From positions 1-28,109 of IMG/VR virus record IMGVR_UViG_3300025502_000112: DNA of 28,109 bases, one strand, 5' to 3'. Every line of letters starts with the position of its first letter. Within the stretch, counting starts at the first letter, position 1. Source of the stretch: a virus. Lineage: Duplodnaviria; Caudoviricetes. This document shows, in pieces, positions 7,737 to 16,858 of this stretch. Under the pieces are notes generated by a model. The model had not been told where the DNA came from. It searched no databases and saw only the letters and a program-made list of their open reading frames with translations. Position numbers and translations under genes: made by a program.

Positions 7737-8585
7737 ATGGCAGCAAAATTTTTAGTTGAAGAGCAAGAAGCAGACCTTGAAACAGAAGAGGTTAGTAACA
7801 CTAAGGAAACATTTGAGGATATGGAAGGGGACTCTGCACTAGAAGCAGACAATTCTCCTGAAGTAAATGAAGAGGTTTCAGAAGAAGAAGAAGCACCAAA
7901 CCCAGCTTTGCAGAAATACTCAGGCAAATCTATTCCTGAAATTATTAGGATGCACCAAGAAGCTGAGAAGCATATCAGCAAACAAGGTAATGAGTTAGGT
8001 GACTTACGTAGTGTTATTGACAAGTATGTAAGGGATGATATTGCAGCAACAACCCACAAGAACAAGGAAAGCAAACCTAAGCAAGACGATTTAGATTTAT
8101 TTGACAAACCAGAAGAGTATATCCAACGCTCAATTAACAACAGCGAGCAAGCAAAAGAGCTGAAGGAAATTAAGCAAGCCCTTAAACAACAGGACATTAC
8201 TACTAAACTTACAGATAATCACCCTGATTATTTAGAAGTAGTAAATAATGAAGCCTTCGTTAATTGGGTTAAGGGTTCAAGAGTTAGACTAGAGTTATTT
8301 GAGAGAGCGCACTCAGGCTTTGACTATGATTCTGCTAATGAACTCTTATCAAATTGGAAAGAGAGACAACAAGTCATAAAAGACTCTACCCAAAATGAGG
8401 ATGCCAGTAGGAAACAACAGCGTAAAGCTGCTTCCACGGGCTCTGCTACTGGCTCAGGTGAAACTAAATCAAGGAAACTGTACAGACGTTCTGATATTAT
8501 TAATTTAATGCGAAATGACCCTGTCAGGTATCTAGAGTTATCCGATGAGATAACAAAGGCATACGCTGAGAAGAGGGTTAGGTAA
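7737..8585 (+). CDS. Capsid scaffolding protein
   Basis: Acidic N-terminus, coiled coil, C-terminal AYAEKRVR; directly before the capsid gene. Confidence 0.8.
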   Translation: MAAKFLVEEQEADLETEEVSNTKETFEDMEGDSALEADNSPEVNEEVSEEEEAPNPALQKYSGKSIPEIIRMHQEAEKHISKQGNELGDLRSVIDKYVRDDIAATTHKNKESKPKQDDLDLFDKPEEYIQRSINNSEQAKELKEIKQALKQQDITTKLTDNHPDYLEVVNNEAFVNWVKGSRVRLELFERAHSGFDYDSANELLSNWKERQQVIKDSTQNEDASRKQQRKAASTGSATGSGETKSRKLYRRSDIINLMRNDPVRYLELSDEITKAYAEKRVR

Positions 8586-8616
8586 CACAACTTCTTAATT
8601 ATAAAGGTATTTCAAA

Positions 8617-9558
8617 ATGGCACTAGGAACTTCACACGTAACAACAACAACTGCAGCAACATTCATTCCAGAATTATGGAGTGATGAGATTGTAGCAGCC
8701 TATAAATCAAACTTGGTTTTAGCTAACCTTGTTAACCGCATGCCTATGACTGGTAAAAAGGGTGATACATTACACATCCCTAAACCAACTCGTGGTAGTG
8801 CTTCTGCAAAAGCAGCATCTACACAAGTATCACTAATCGCTGCTACTGAAGCTGACGTTGCTGTAACTATCAACAAGCATTACGAGTATTCTCGTTTAAT
8901 TGAAGATATTGCAGAGGCTCAAGCTCTTGCATCATTACGTAAATTCTACACAGATGACGCTGGTTATGCCCTAGCTAAGCAAGTTGACAATGACTTGTTT
9001 GCTTTAGGTAAATCTTTCGGTAATGGCGATGGCTCAAGCTATGTACATAACAACTCTTTCTATGTTGATGCTGGTAATGGTCTTGCTGCTTATGCAGTCG
9101 ATACTGTAGCTGCTACTGATGTATTCACTGACTTGGCACTACGTGCTGCTATTCAACAGTTAGATGACAATGATACACCTATGGACGGTCGTTTCTTAGT
9201 TATCCCACCTTCAGTACGTAACACTATTATGGGTATTGATAGATACCAATCTAGTGACTTCGTTGATGGTCGTGGTGTTCAGAATGGTAAAATTGGTTCA
9301 CTATACGGTGTTGATGTATATGTATCAAGCAACTGTCCTGTAGTAGAAACTGCTGCTGCTAACACAGCTTCAGCTGTAGACACTCGTGGTGCTGTCTTAG
9401 GCCACAAAGATGCTCTAGTATTAGCTGAGCAACAAAGTGTTCGTTCACAAACTCAGTACAAACAAGAGTGGTTAGCAAATCTATTTACTTCTGATACTAT
9501 CTATGGTACAGCAGTTCTTAGACCAGAGTCTGGTTTAATTATTGCAGTGCCTAACTAA
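8617..9558 (+). CDS. Major capsid protein
   Basis: FIPELWS, GDTLHIP, YGTAVLRPE motifs; biased codon use; followed by hairpin. Confidence 0.92.
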   Translation: MALGTSHVTTTTAATFIPELWSDEIVAAYKSNLVLANLVNRMPMTGKKGDTLHIPKPTRGSASAKAASTQVSLIAATEADVAVTINKHYEYSRLIEDIAEAQALASLRKFYTDDAGYALAKQVDNDLFALGKSFGNGDGSSYVHNNSFYVDAGNGLAAYAVDTVAATDVFTDLALRAAIQQLDDNDTPMDGRFLVIPPSVRNTIMGIDRYQSSDFVDGRGVQNGKIGSLYGVDVYVSSNCPVVETAAANTASAVDTRGAVLGHKDALVLAEQQSVRSQTQYKQEWLANLFTSDTIYGTAVLRPESGLIIAVPN

Positions 9559-9580
9559 GTAACATTTAGTAAACTAGTTT

Positions 9581-9622
9581 GGAGTGGGTGGGGAAACCTA
9601 CCTGCTTCATCTTTATATCTTT
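9581..9622 (+). terminator. Intrinsic terminator after capsid gene (probably leaky)
   Basis: 12-bp stem GGAGTGGGTGGG-GAAA-CCTACCTGCTTC with G-U pairs and an interrupted T tract. Confidence 0.7.
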
Positions 9623-9651
9623 AACAACTTCAAAAATAAGGTTACATATAC

Positions 9652-10692
9652 ATGGCAATTTATAGAGGTTCTGGTGGGTCTGGTGACTCATCCACAGATG
9701 TAACACGGGATGAAGTAGCTGGGTTTTCAACAGATGCTAAAAGGTATAGAGATGAAGCATTAGTCTCAGAAACAAGTGCAAGTGGTTCCGCAAGTACAGC
9801 AACAACTAAAGCAAGCGAAGCTACCACTAAGGCTTCAGAGGCCTCTACAAGCGCGTCTAACGCGTTAACTTCTGAAACCAATGCAAGTACCTCAGCTACG
9901 AACGCAAGTGCGTCAGAGAGCGCTGCAGGTACCTCAGAATCGAATGCAGCTACAAGCGAGTCAAACTCAAGTACCTCAGCAGGTACAGCTTCAACTCAAG
10001 CTGGCATTGCTACAACCAAGGCTGGGGAGGCAAGTACTTCAGCTTCTACAGCAACTACTCAAGCAGGTATCGCTACAACTAAAGCAAGTGAAGCAAGTAC
10101 CTCAGAATCGAATGCAGCAGCAAGTGCAGCTGAACTAACAGCCTTAACCACAGCAACCACTACGGTAGCTGCTGGAGGCTCTTCTACCTCTAGCTACAGT
10201 TCAGGTACAGGGGTTCTAAGTTTAGGACTTCCTACAGGTGCTACAGGTGCTACAGGCTCTACAGGTGCTACAGGGGCTACAGGCTCTACAGGAGCTGACT
10301 CTACAGTAGCTGGCCCTACAGGCTCTACAGGTGCTACAGGGGCTACAGGCGCAGCTGGAGCTGATGGGGATACTCTACCTACACAAACAGGGAACACAGG
10401 GAAGTTCTTAACCACTGATGGTTCTGCTACCTCTTGGGGAGTTGTGGATGCACTTCCTGCACAAGCTACACACGCTGGTAAATACTTAGGTACTGACGGC
10501 TCTGCTGCCTCCTGGGGGACAATTGCAGGTGGAGGTCCTAGTCTAGGTACTGATAGCATTATTAGAACAAATGCACAAACTATCAGTGAAAATATAACAA
10601 TACCGTCAGATACAAATGGGATGTCTATTGGTGATATTACAATTGCTGATACTTATACCGTGACGGTTGACGGCAGATGGGTGGTGATTTAA
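9652..10692 (+). CDS. Tail fibre protein with Ala/Ser/Thr repeats and collagen-like segment
   Basis: ASTS/ATTKA repeats, (GAT/GST)n triplets, two LPxQxxxxGKxLxTDGSAxSW repeats, beta-rich C-terminus. Confidence 0.85.
   Translation: MAIYRGSGGSGDSSTDVTRDEVAGFSTDAKRYRDEALVSETSASGSASTATTKASEATTKASEASTSASNALTSETNASTSATNASASESAAGTSESNAATSESNSSTSAGTASTQAGIATTKAGEASTSASTATTQAGIATTKASEASTSESNAAASAAELTALTTATTTVAAGGSSTSSYSSGTGVLSLGLPTGATGATGSTGATGATGSTGADSTVAGPTGSTGATGATGAAGADGDTLPTQTGNTGKFLTTDGSATSWGVVDALPAQATHAGKYLGTDGSAASWGTIAGGGPSLGTDSIIRTNAQTISENITIPSDTNGMSIGDITIADTYTVTVDGRWVVI
10232..10349 (+). repeat. 9-nt tandem repeat (CTACAGGNN) encoding Gly-X-Thr
   Basis: Two runs of CTACAGG(TG/CT/GG) units. 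Confidence 0.85.
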
Positions 10693-10693
10693 T

Positions 10694-11086
10694 ATGGCTT
10701 CTAATATAACAGTAGATACCTTAACAAAAGGGGCTGTGACTTTAAACACAGATGAGATTGTAGATACTAACTCAACTCAGGTCTGTAAGGCTTGGGTTAA
10801 CTTTAATGGCTCTGGTACAGTAGCTATTCGAGGCAGTTACAATGTCAGTTCTATAACTGATAACGGAACTGGGGAATATACTGCAAACCTTACAGAGGTT
10901 ATGAGTGATGTTAATTACTCCGTTATTGTTGCACATTCTGGATTAGGTGCTGCGGGAGCTGACCCTTCTGGGAATCGTATGATAGGGGTTAGTATTATAT
11001 CTACCTCGGCAGTGCGAATGGAATGTAGGTCTATAACCAATGTCCTTGAGGATTACCCACAAATATTTGTATCGATTTTTAGATAA
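10694..11086 (+). CDS. Fibre-tip-like protein, AWVNFNG family, copy 1
   Basis: CKAWVNFNGSGTVAIRGSYNVSSITDNGTGEYT. Confidence 0.75.
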   Translation: MASNITVDTLTKGAVTLNTDEIVDTNSTQVCKAWVNFNGSGTVAIRGSYNVSSITDNGTGEYTANLTEVMSDVNYSVIVAHSGLGAAGADPSGNRMIGVSIISTSAVRMECRSITNVLEDYPQIFVSIFR

Positions 11087-11098
11087 AAGGGAAACAAA

Positions 11099-11308
11099 AT
11101 GACACAAAGAATTTTAATCACAAACGACAACGGTGCTTCTATTGGAGTCATCGTTCCTGCTTCACAACACACAGCTGAGTTCTGCATCAAGGATGTTCCA
11201 GTAGGTGATAAGTATAAGATTGTAGACGCTAATGACGTACCTTCTGACAGGACATTTAGAGATGCTTGGGAAGAAACTGATGTATCTGATTGGAAGGTGA
11301 AAGCGTAA
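11099..11308 (+). CDS. Small tail-fibre-associated protein (DRTFRDAW motif)
   Basis: KDVPVG..YKIVD...PSDRTFRDAWE; SD AAGGGA. Confidence 0.7.
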   Translation: MTQRILITNDNGASIGVIVPASQHTAEFCIKDVPVGDKYKIVDANDVPSDRTFRDAWEETDVSDWKVKA

Positions 11309-11697
11309 TGACTAGCTCAGTCGTATCAGATAACTTTGAAACGAGTACGGGTGGTCTCCCTACTCTAGGTGGGGATTCTGTAGAGACTAGGTTGTGTTCA
11401 GCTTGGGTAAACTTTAATGGTACGGGTACAGTTGCTATTAGAGATAGTTATAATGTTAGCTCTATTACTGATAATGGTGATGGGGATTATACGGTTAATT
11501 TTACTGTGGCTATGGCTAATAATAATTATGCCGCTACTGTCGCTGGTGGTGGGTCAAGCGCTTATCTGGGTGATGTTAAGACTGACTCAACAACATATAC
11601 GAGGACGATTTCCGCGCTACCTATATTAACGTTTAATACTACTCCTGCCACCGCTGATGTAACTTCTATTAACGTAACAGTATTCGGAGGTAAATAA
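11308..11697 (+). CDS. Fibre-tip-like protein, AWVNFNG family, copy 2
   Basis: TAATG coupling at 11306-11310; CSAWVNFNGTGTVAIRDSYNVSSITDNGDGDYT. Confidence 0.75.
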   Translation: MTSSVVSDNFETSTGGLPTLGGDSVETRLCSAWVNFNGTGTVAIRDSYNVSSITDNGDGDYTVNFTVAMANNNYAATVAGGGSSAYLGDVKTDSTTYTRTISALPILTFNTTPATADVTSINVTVFGGK

Positions 11698-11699
11698 TA

Positions 11700-11784
11700 A
11701 TGAAACGTATTATATTCACAAACACTGATGGCGGCGTGTCAATCATAGTCCCGTAGCTTACGAAGTATAGTAATTTTTAGATAA
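11700..11784 (+). pseudogene. Deletion scar: truncated DRTFRDAW-family start fused to the 3' end of another AWVNFNG gene
   Basis: MKRIIFTNTDGGVSIIVP* (11700-11756) parallels MTQRILITNDNGASIGVIVP; then ...SIVIFR* parallels the copy 1 end VSIFR*. Confidence 0.7.
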
Positions 11785-11793
11785 GGAAACAAA

Positions 11794-12024
11794 ATGACAA
11801 TTACAGTAAATAATACCAAAGCAGCAGAGATTACAAAAGAGGCTATCAGAACCTACCGCAAGCCTTTACTAGAAGCACTTGATGTAGACTACACACGTGC
11901 CGTAGAAGTTGGTGGTGATACCTCAGCTATCGTAGCCAGCAAACAAACTCTAAGAGATATGACAGCTACTGCTGATGGTAAGAGTGTAGATGAGTTAAAG
12001 GCTATTGTTGAAGGGTTAGTCTAA
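11794..12024 (+). CDS. Tail fibre assembly chaperone-like protein
   Basis: RKPLLEALDV...KQTLRDMT helical motif. Confidence 0.7.
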   Translation: MTITVNNTKAAEITKEAIRTYRKPLLEALDVDYTRAVEVGGDTSAIVASKQTLRDMTATADGKSVDELKAIVEGLV

Positions 12025-12447
12025 TGGCTAGTGAAATAAGAGGGAGTGATAACTTTGATTCTGCTACAGTGGGAATGCCTGTGGGTACGGTTATTGACTT
12101 TGCTGGCACTGCACCCCCTACTGGCTTTTTAACCTGCCCAATACGCGGATTTATTCACGGCTATTGGCACAACATGGGGTGTAGGTGATGGCTCAACAAC
12201 TTTTGGATTGCCGTGGTTCGCGGCCAATTATGCAAGCGTTCAGGCTAATGCTAATGTAGGTACGGCAACTATTGGTGAAAATTTAGCACATACCCACACA
12301 ACTAACATCTGGTGGGCTTCCGCAGGTGGCCTACCCTATGGAGAAGCTGCAGGTGTTTCTGGTTATACTAATCGAGGCTCATCTTCTAGCGGCGGGTCAG
12401 CCAACTTGGCCGCAGGTGTTCGCGTTCTTAAATGTATTAAATATTAG
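12024..12447 (+). pseudogene. Frameshifted tail-collar-domain fibre gene
   Basis: MPVGTVIDFAGTAPPTGFLTCP in one frame (stop 12186-12188); YADLFTAIGTTWGVGDGSTTFGLP...CIKY in the +1 frame from 12142. Confidence 0.85.
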
Positions 12448-12455
12448 GATTGAAA

Positions 12456-12887
12456 ATGAAAACAGTATACTTATATGATGCGGTCACAGGCTTTACTCTT
12501 GGTGAGTGGCAAGCACAGGAAAGCCCTTTGGAGGAAGGCGTTTTTATAACACCTGTATATTCAACCGATAAAGAACCGCCAGCAGAAGATAAAAAAATAG
12601 CCAAGTTTGATAAGGAAGAATGGGGACTACTACCCAACCTTAAAGGCGAAAGATACTGGTTAGCAGACGGCACTGAACAAGAAATTACAGAAGCTGGTAT
12701 TGCCTTCCCTGATAATGCGTTATTAGAAAAACCAAAGCCAGCCCCTCTAACATACAAAGAACTACGAGCAAAAGCATACCCATCTCTAAAAGAGCAAGCT
12801 GATATGGCTTACTGGGACAGACAGAATGGCACAACTACTCTTGATGATGCTATTACTGCGGTTAAGACTAAATATCCAAAAGGTTAA
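12456..12887 (+). CDS. Tail fibre assembly (Tfa-like) protein
   Basis: YLYDAVTG...ESPLEEGVFITP..ST..EPP; C-terminal RAKAYPSLKEQAD...VKTKYPK. Confidence 0.75.
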   Translation: MKTVYLYDAVTGFTLGEWQAQESPLEEGVFITPVYSTDKEPPAEDKKIAKFDKEEWGLLPNLKGERYWLADGTEQEITEAGIAFPDNALLEKPKPAPLTYKELRAKAYPSLKEQADMAYWDRQNGTTTLDDAITAVKTKYPKG

Positions 12888-12893
12888 TCCTCA

Positions 12894-13100
12894 ATGAACG
12901 AACACGACTGCGCGGTTATGGAAACTACACTTAAAGAACATACTAGAGACATCCAACACTTCTACAATAAACTAGATAGAATGGATGATGACTTGGACTC
13001 AATCAAGGCAAGCCTTAACCAGATTAAATGGTTAGCAACTGGTGGGCTAGCATTTTATGTAATAGATAACGTAGGTTTACTGGAGGTATTAACAAGATGA
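12894..13100 (+). CDS. Coiled-coil plus C-terminal TM protein (XhlA/holin-like)
   Basis: Heptad region then KWLATGGLAFYVI hydrophobic segment. Confidence 0.55.
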   Translation: MNEHDCAVMETTLKEHTRDIQHFYNKLDRMDDDLDSIKASLNQIKWLATGGLAFYVIDNVGLLEVLTR

Positions 13101-13525
13101 TTTCTTTTATAGCAAACGTAGCCCCTATTCTTTTAGGCTTTCTAATGAAGCTATCAGCTATTAAGTCACAACAGGCTTCAGACGCACATAAGATGATGCT
13201 AGAGGCTATGACTGTTAAATCTAATATCATGGATAAGGCTAGAGGTCAATCGAACCGTGAGAGCCCTATGGCAGCCCTTAACAGACGTGTACTAATCTTT
13301 GTTATACTAGGTATGGTAGCAGTGTACCCACTAGCAGGACTCTTTGGGGTAGATACTACTATCCCTGTTGTTAAAGAGGGGTTCTCTTTCTTAGGGCTCT
13401 TTAAAGCTAGTGACACAATAGAGATGGTAAAGGTAGAGGGACTATATAAATTTGATGAGATATTCTCTTGGTGTTCTCTAATAGTAGAGTTCTACTTTGG
13501 TTCTCAAATAGCAAAAGCATCTTAA
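13097..13525 (+). CDS. Membrane protein, holin-like
   Basis: Hydrophobic segments at N-terminus, RRVLIFVILGMVAVYPL, and C-terminal FYFGS. Confidence 0.55.
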   Translation: MISFIANVAPILLGFLMKLSAIKSQQASDAHKMMLEAMTVKSNIMDKARGQSNRESPMAALNRRVLIFVILGMVAVYPLAGLFGVDTTIPVVKEGFSFLGLFKASDTIEMVKVEGLYKFDEIFSWCSLIVEFYFGSQIAKAS

Positions 13526-13537
13526 TAAAAATAAACC

Positions 13538-13566
13538 TTGACAAACCTGTCTAAATATGATATAAT
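13538..13566 (+). promoter_or_regulatory. Consensus sigma70 promoter for tail and ejection genes
   Basis: TTGACA-17 nt-TATAAT with extended -10 TG and same upstream AATAAAAATAAA tract as the 2036 promoter. Confidence 0.9.
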
Positions 13567-13582
13567 ATATATAGGAATTTAA

Positions 13583-14230
13583 ATGACTCACTTAGAAATA
13601 GTAAACAAACTACTAATTAGATTAAGAGAAAGAACAGTTGGTACTGTATTAGAGACAACATACTCATCTCTTCTCTCTTATCTAGTTAATGATGCAAAGG
13701 AGCTAGTAGAGTCTACTTGGAATTGGTCTGCTTTACGTAATACTCTATCAGCTACTACCACAGAGGACATCTTTGCATACGAACTAAATGGTACTCAGAA
13801 CAGCCTAACAGTCTTAGATGTTCTTAATGATACCGATAACTTCTTTATGGAATACAGGACTGCCCATGAGTTTAATAAACTCTTCCTAGCTACTACTCCT
13901 GAGAAGGGGTCTCCTAGGTTTTATAGTTTTAACGGTGTCTCTTCAGATGGGGATACAACAGTAGATGTTTATCCTATTCCTAACGGAGCCTATGACTTGA
14001 GGTTTAATATTGTACAAAGAAATCAAGAGTTAGTTGGAGACTCTGACAAACTTACTATTCCTAATAGACCAGTAGAGATGTTAGCATACGCTATGGCAAT
14101 TGAAGAACGTGGTGAGGATGGTGGTGTATCTTCTAGCTCTGCTTTTAATAAAGCTCAACAAGTGCTAAGTGATGCAGTAGCTTTAGATGCAGCTAAGCAC
14201 CCAGAAGAAACAGAGTGGTACTCAGTATGA
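13583..14230 (+). CDS. Head-tail adaptor / tail tubular protein A-like
   Basis: MTHLEIVNKLLIRLRE, WNWSAL, G.P.FY...VYPIP motifs; position. Confidence 0.75.
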   Translation: MTHLEIVNKLLIRLRERTVGTVLETTYSSLLSYLVNDAKELVESTWNWSALRNTLSATTTEDIFAYELNGTQNSLTVLDVLNDTDNFFMEYRTAHEFNKLFLATTPEKGSPRFYSFNGVSSDGDTTVDVYPIPNGAYDLRFNIVQRNQELVGDSDKLTIPNRPVEMLAYAMAIEERGEDGGVSSSSAFNKAQQVLSDAVALDAAKHPEETEWYSV

Positions 14231-14589
14231 GAGCAAGGTCCGTATTTAAAGCCTCTCTAGCTACTTCAAACGAAGTCCTCTATACAGTCCCTAACAACAC
14301 TAATACTAAGTGGGTATCGTTATTTGTTGCTAACTCAGCAGGTACTACTACTAGTGGTGTGATTATTAAAGCTAATACTACTCGTAAGAATACAAGTAAT
14401 GTTGATGTAGTGGAGGCTGTTGAGGTACTTGGCTCTAAGTCTTTAACAGCAGGTGAACATATCCTTTTAGGTAATAGTGACTTTGCATACCTAGAAGCAG
14501 GTGATACGATTGAGGGGAGTGCTGCTGCTACTGGCGTGGGTGTTATCCTTACCTTAGAAGAAACTACTGGAATAGTGAGTACACGATAA
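14227..14589 (+). CDS. Small beta-rich virion protein
   Basis: ATGA overlap with upstream stop; LYTVP...LEAGDTI motif. Confidence 0.65.
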   Translation: MRARSVFKASLATSNEVLYTVPNNTNTKWVSLFVANSAGTTTSGVIIKANTTRKNTSNVDVVEAVEVLGSKSLTAGEHILLGNSDFAYLEAGDTIEGSAAATGVGVILTLEETTGIVSTR

Positions 14590-14591
14590 TT

Positions 14592-16160
14592 ATGGCTAAA
14601 CCATTACAACCAATGACATTAGAAGCTCCAGGCTTTCTTGGGTTAAACACTCAAGACTCAGGAGTTACCTTGCAAGAAGGTTTTGCACTACATGCTGATA
14701 ACTGTTTAATAGATAAGTACGGTAGACTAGGCTCTCGTAAAGGTTGGGCTTATCGTACTAGTAAAAGAGACACAGTAGTTGGAGACAACGTAGGGTTAAA
14801 CCTATTAGGGGCTCACAGCTTTCTAGACCTTGCAGGGACAAACACTTACCTATCTTGGAATAGCACCCTACTGTTTAAGGGATATGAAGATTTAGTAACA
14901 CTTACACCTTCTACCACAGACACAGTAGTTGCAGGTGGTTGGCAAGCTGCTACCTTAAACGATAGTGCGTACTTCTTCCAGAGAGATTATAAACCCCTAT
15001 ACTATACAAATGAAACAACTGCTAGTGAATTTAAATCTATCGATACTAAAATTGGCTTTACTGGAGCTGCTCCAAAAGCTAATGCCGTTCTTTCCGCTTA
15101 TGGAAGGTTGTGGGCTGCTGATACCTCGACTAATAAGACTACTGTATACTTTTCAGATTTACTAGATGGCTCTAAGTGGGGTTCTGGTAGTGCTGGCTCC
15201 CTTAACATAGCAGGTACGTTTAGTACCAACAGTGATACTATCGTAGGTCTAGGCGCACATAACGGTGCTTTGATAATATTCTGTAAGAACTCTATTGTTA
15301 TATTTAAAGATAATGATTCCTTCCAAGGTAGCTTTGACGTAACTACACTTCAGTTAGTAGAGACTATTGAGGGTATCGGATGTATCTCTAGGGATAGTAT
15401 ACAAAGTACAGGTACTGACATCTTATTCTTATCTAGTACAGGGGTTAGGAGTTTAGGTAGGACTATTCAAGAGAAGTCCCAACCACTACGAGATATATCT
15501 AAGAATGTGAGGGATGACCTAGCAACATTGGTAGACAATACTGCTGACCCACAAAGTATAAAAGCTGTCTACTCTCCAACTTCAGCCTTCTACTTACTAG
15601 CCTTTCCTAGCTCTAAGGCTGTGTACTGTTTTAATACTAAGGCTACCCTTGAGGATGGTTCATACAGAGTCACCACTTGGAATAACACAACCCATACTTC
15701 ATACTTATATGACAACCTTAACAAGAGGTTATTGACTACACAAGCAAATGGTATAGCAGAGTACTTTGGCTACCAAGATAATGGTGTGGGATATAGATTT
15801 AGTTACTTTACTAACCACTCAGACTTAGGTCAAAGTGCTAACACTAAAGTTGTTAAGAGAGTAGGTACTACCTTGATTGCTCCAGAAGGTCAAACCTTTG
15901 TTGTTAAGGTAGGTGTAGACTACTCTGAGAACTACACCTCATACCCTTTTGTCCTTTCAACAACTGGTACTATTTATGAGTACAGTTCAACAGAGTATGA
16001 TATTGCAGAGTATAGTGGTGGTACGAGGATAGAGAATGTGAAAGCTCCAGCAGGAGGTAGTGGTGTTGTACTACAAGCTGGTATTGAATCAGAGATTAAT
16101 GGTGCGCCATTCAGTGTGCAGCGATTAGATGTTTATGTTAAATTAGGTAGGGTAATCTAA
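14592..16160 (+). CDS. Tail hub / tail tubular protein B (P22 gp10-like beta-propeller)
   Basis: GFLGLNT, GRLWAAD..TVYFSD, GIGCIS motifs; size and position. Confidence 0.8.
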   Translation: MAKPLQPMTLEAPGFLGLNTQDSGVTLQEGFALHADNCLIDKYGRLGSRKGWAYRTSKRDTVVGDNVGLNLLGAHSFLDLAGTNTYLSWNSTLLFKGYEDLVTLTPSTTDTVVAGGWQAATLNDSAYFFQRDYKPLYYTNETTASEFKSIDTKIGFTGAAPKANAVLSAYGRLWAADTSTNKTTVYFSDLLDGSKWGSGSAGSLNIAGTFSTNSDTIVGLGAHNGALIIFCKNSIVIFKDNDSFQGSFDVTTLQLVETIEGIGCISRDSIQSTGTDILFLSSTGVRSLGRTIQEKSQPLRDISKNVRDDLATLVDNTADPQSIKAVYSPTSAFYLLAFPSSKAVYCFNTKATLEDGSYRVTTWNNTTHTSYLYDNLNKRLLTTQANGIAEYFGYQDNGVGYRFSYFTNHSDLGQSANTKVVKRVGTTLIAPEGQTFVVKVGVDYSENYTSYPFVLSTTGTIYEYSSTEYDIAEYSGGTRIENVKAPAGGSGVVLQAGIESEINGAPFSVQRLDVYVKLGRVI

Positions 16161-16162
16161 AT

Positions 16163-16858
16163 ATGTCAAATTATATAAAAAGTACGGATTTTGCAGTAAA
16201 GGATGGGTTACTTACAGGGAACCCTTTAAAGATTGTCAGTGGTACAGAGATTAATGATGAGTACAATGCTATTCAAACTGCTGTAGGAACAAAGGCAGAC
16301 ACCTTATCCCCTACACTGACAGGAGTTCCACTATCCCCAACAGCAACAGTAGGCACTAACTCAGCTCAATTAGCTACAACTGCTTTTGTAACTACTGCAC
16401 TTACTAACTATAACTCTGTGGTAGAAACTTTATTACAAGCCTTATACCCAGTAGGTACAATATACACTAACGCTACTAGTGGCACTAACCCAGCAACCTT
16501 AGTAGGGTTTGGTACGTGGGAAGCCTTTGGTACTGGGAGGGTGTTAGTTGGGCTTGACAGTAGTAATACTCTTATGGATGGAGTAGAGGAAACTGGGGGT
16601 AGTGCTGATTCTGTTGTTGTTAGTCATTCTCACACTGCAACTGTATCAGACCCTGGGCATACTCATGTAATATCTAGAATATTTGTTGAGTCGGGAATTA
16701 ATGCTTTTGACTACGGAGGCGGGCTTGTAGGAACTTCAGTAAACACAGAGTCATCGGCTACAGGTATAACGGTAGCTAACAGCACTACTGGCTCAAGTGG
16801 CACTAATGCTAACCTACAACCATTTATTACTGTATACTACTGGAAGCGAACAGCCTAA
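16163..16858 (+). CDS. Tail needle/spike with T4 gp10 C-terminal-like domain
   Basis: YPVGTIY..NPATLVGFGTWEAFGTGRVLVG, SHSH/GHTH, NLQPFITVYYWKRTA. Confidence 0.75.
   Translation: MSNYIKSTDFAVKDGLLTGNPLKIVSGTEINDEYNAIQTAVGTKADTLSPTLTGVPLSPTATVGTNSAQLATTAFVTTALTNYNSVVETLLQALYPVGTIYTNATSGTNPATLVGFGTWEAFGTGRVLVGLDSSNTLMDGVEETGGSADSVVVSHSHTATVSDPGHTHVISRIFVESGINAFDYGGGLVGTSVNTESSATGITVANSTTGSSGTNANLQPFITVYYWKRTA

Noticed and set aside
10694-11697. Diversity-generating retroelement (TR/VR pair) in the paralogous tip genes
   Set aside because: Differences are mostly synonymous and not adenine-specific, both copies are coding, and no reverse transcriptase is in the window
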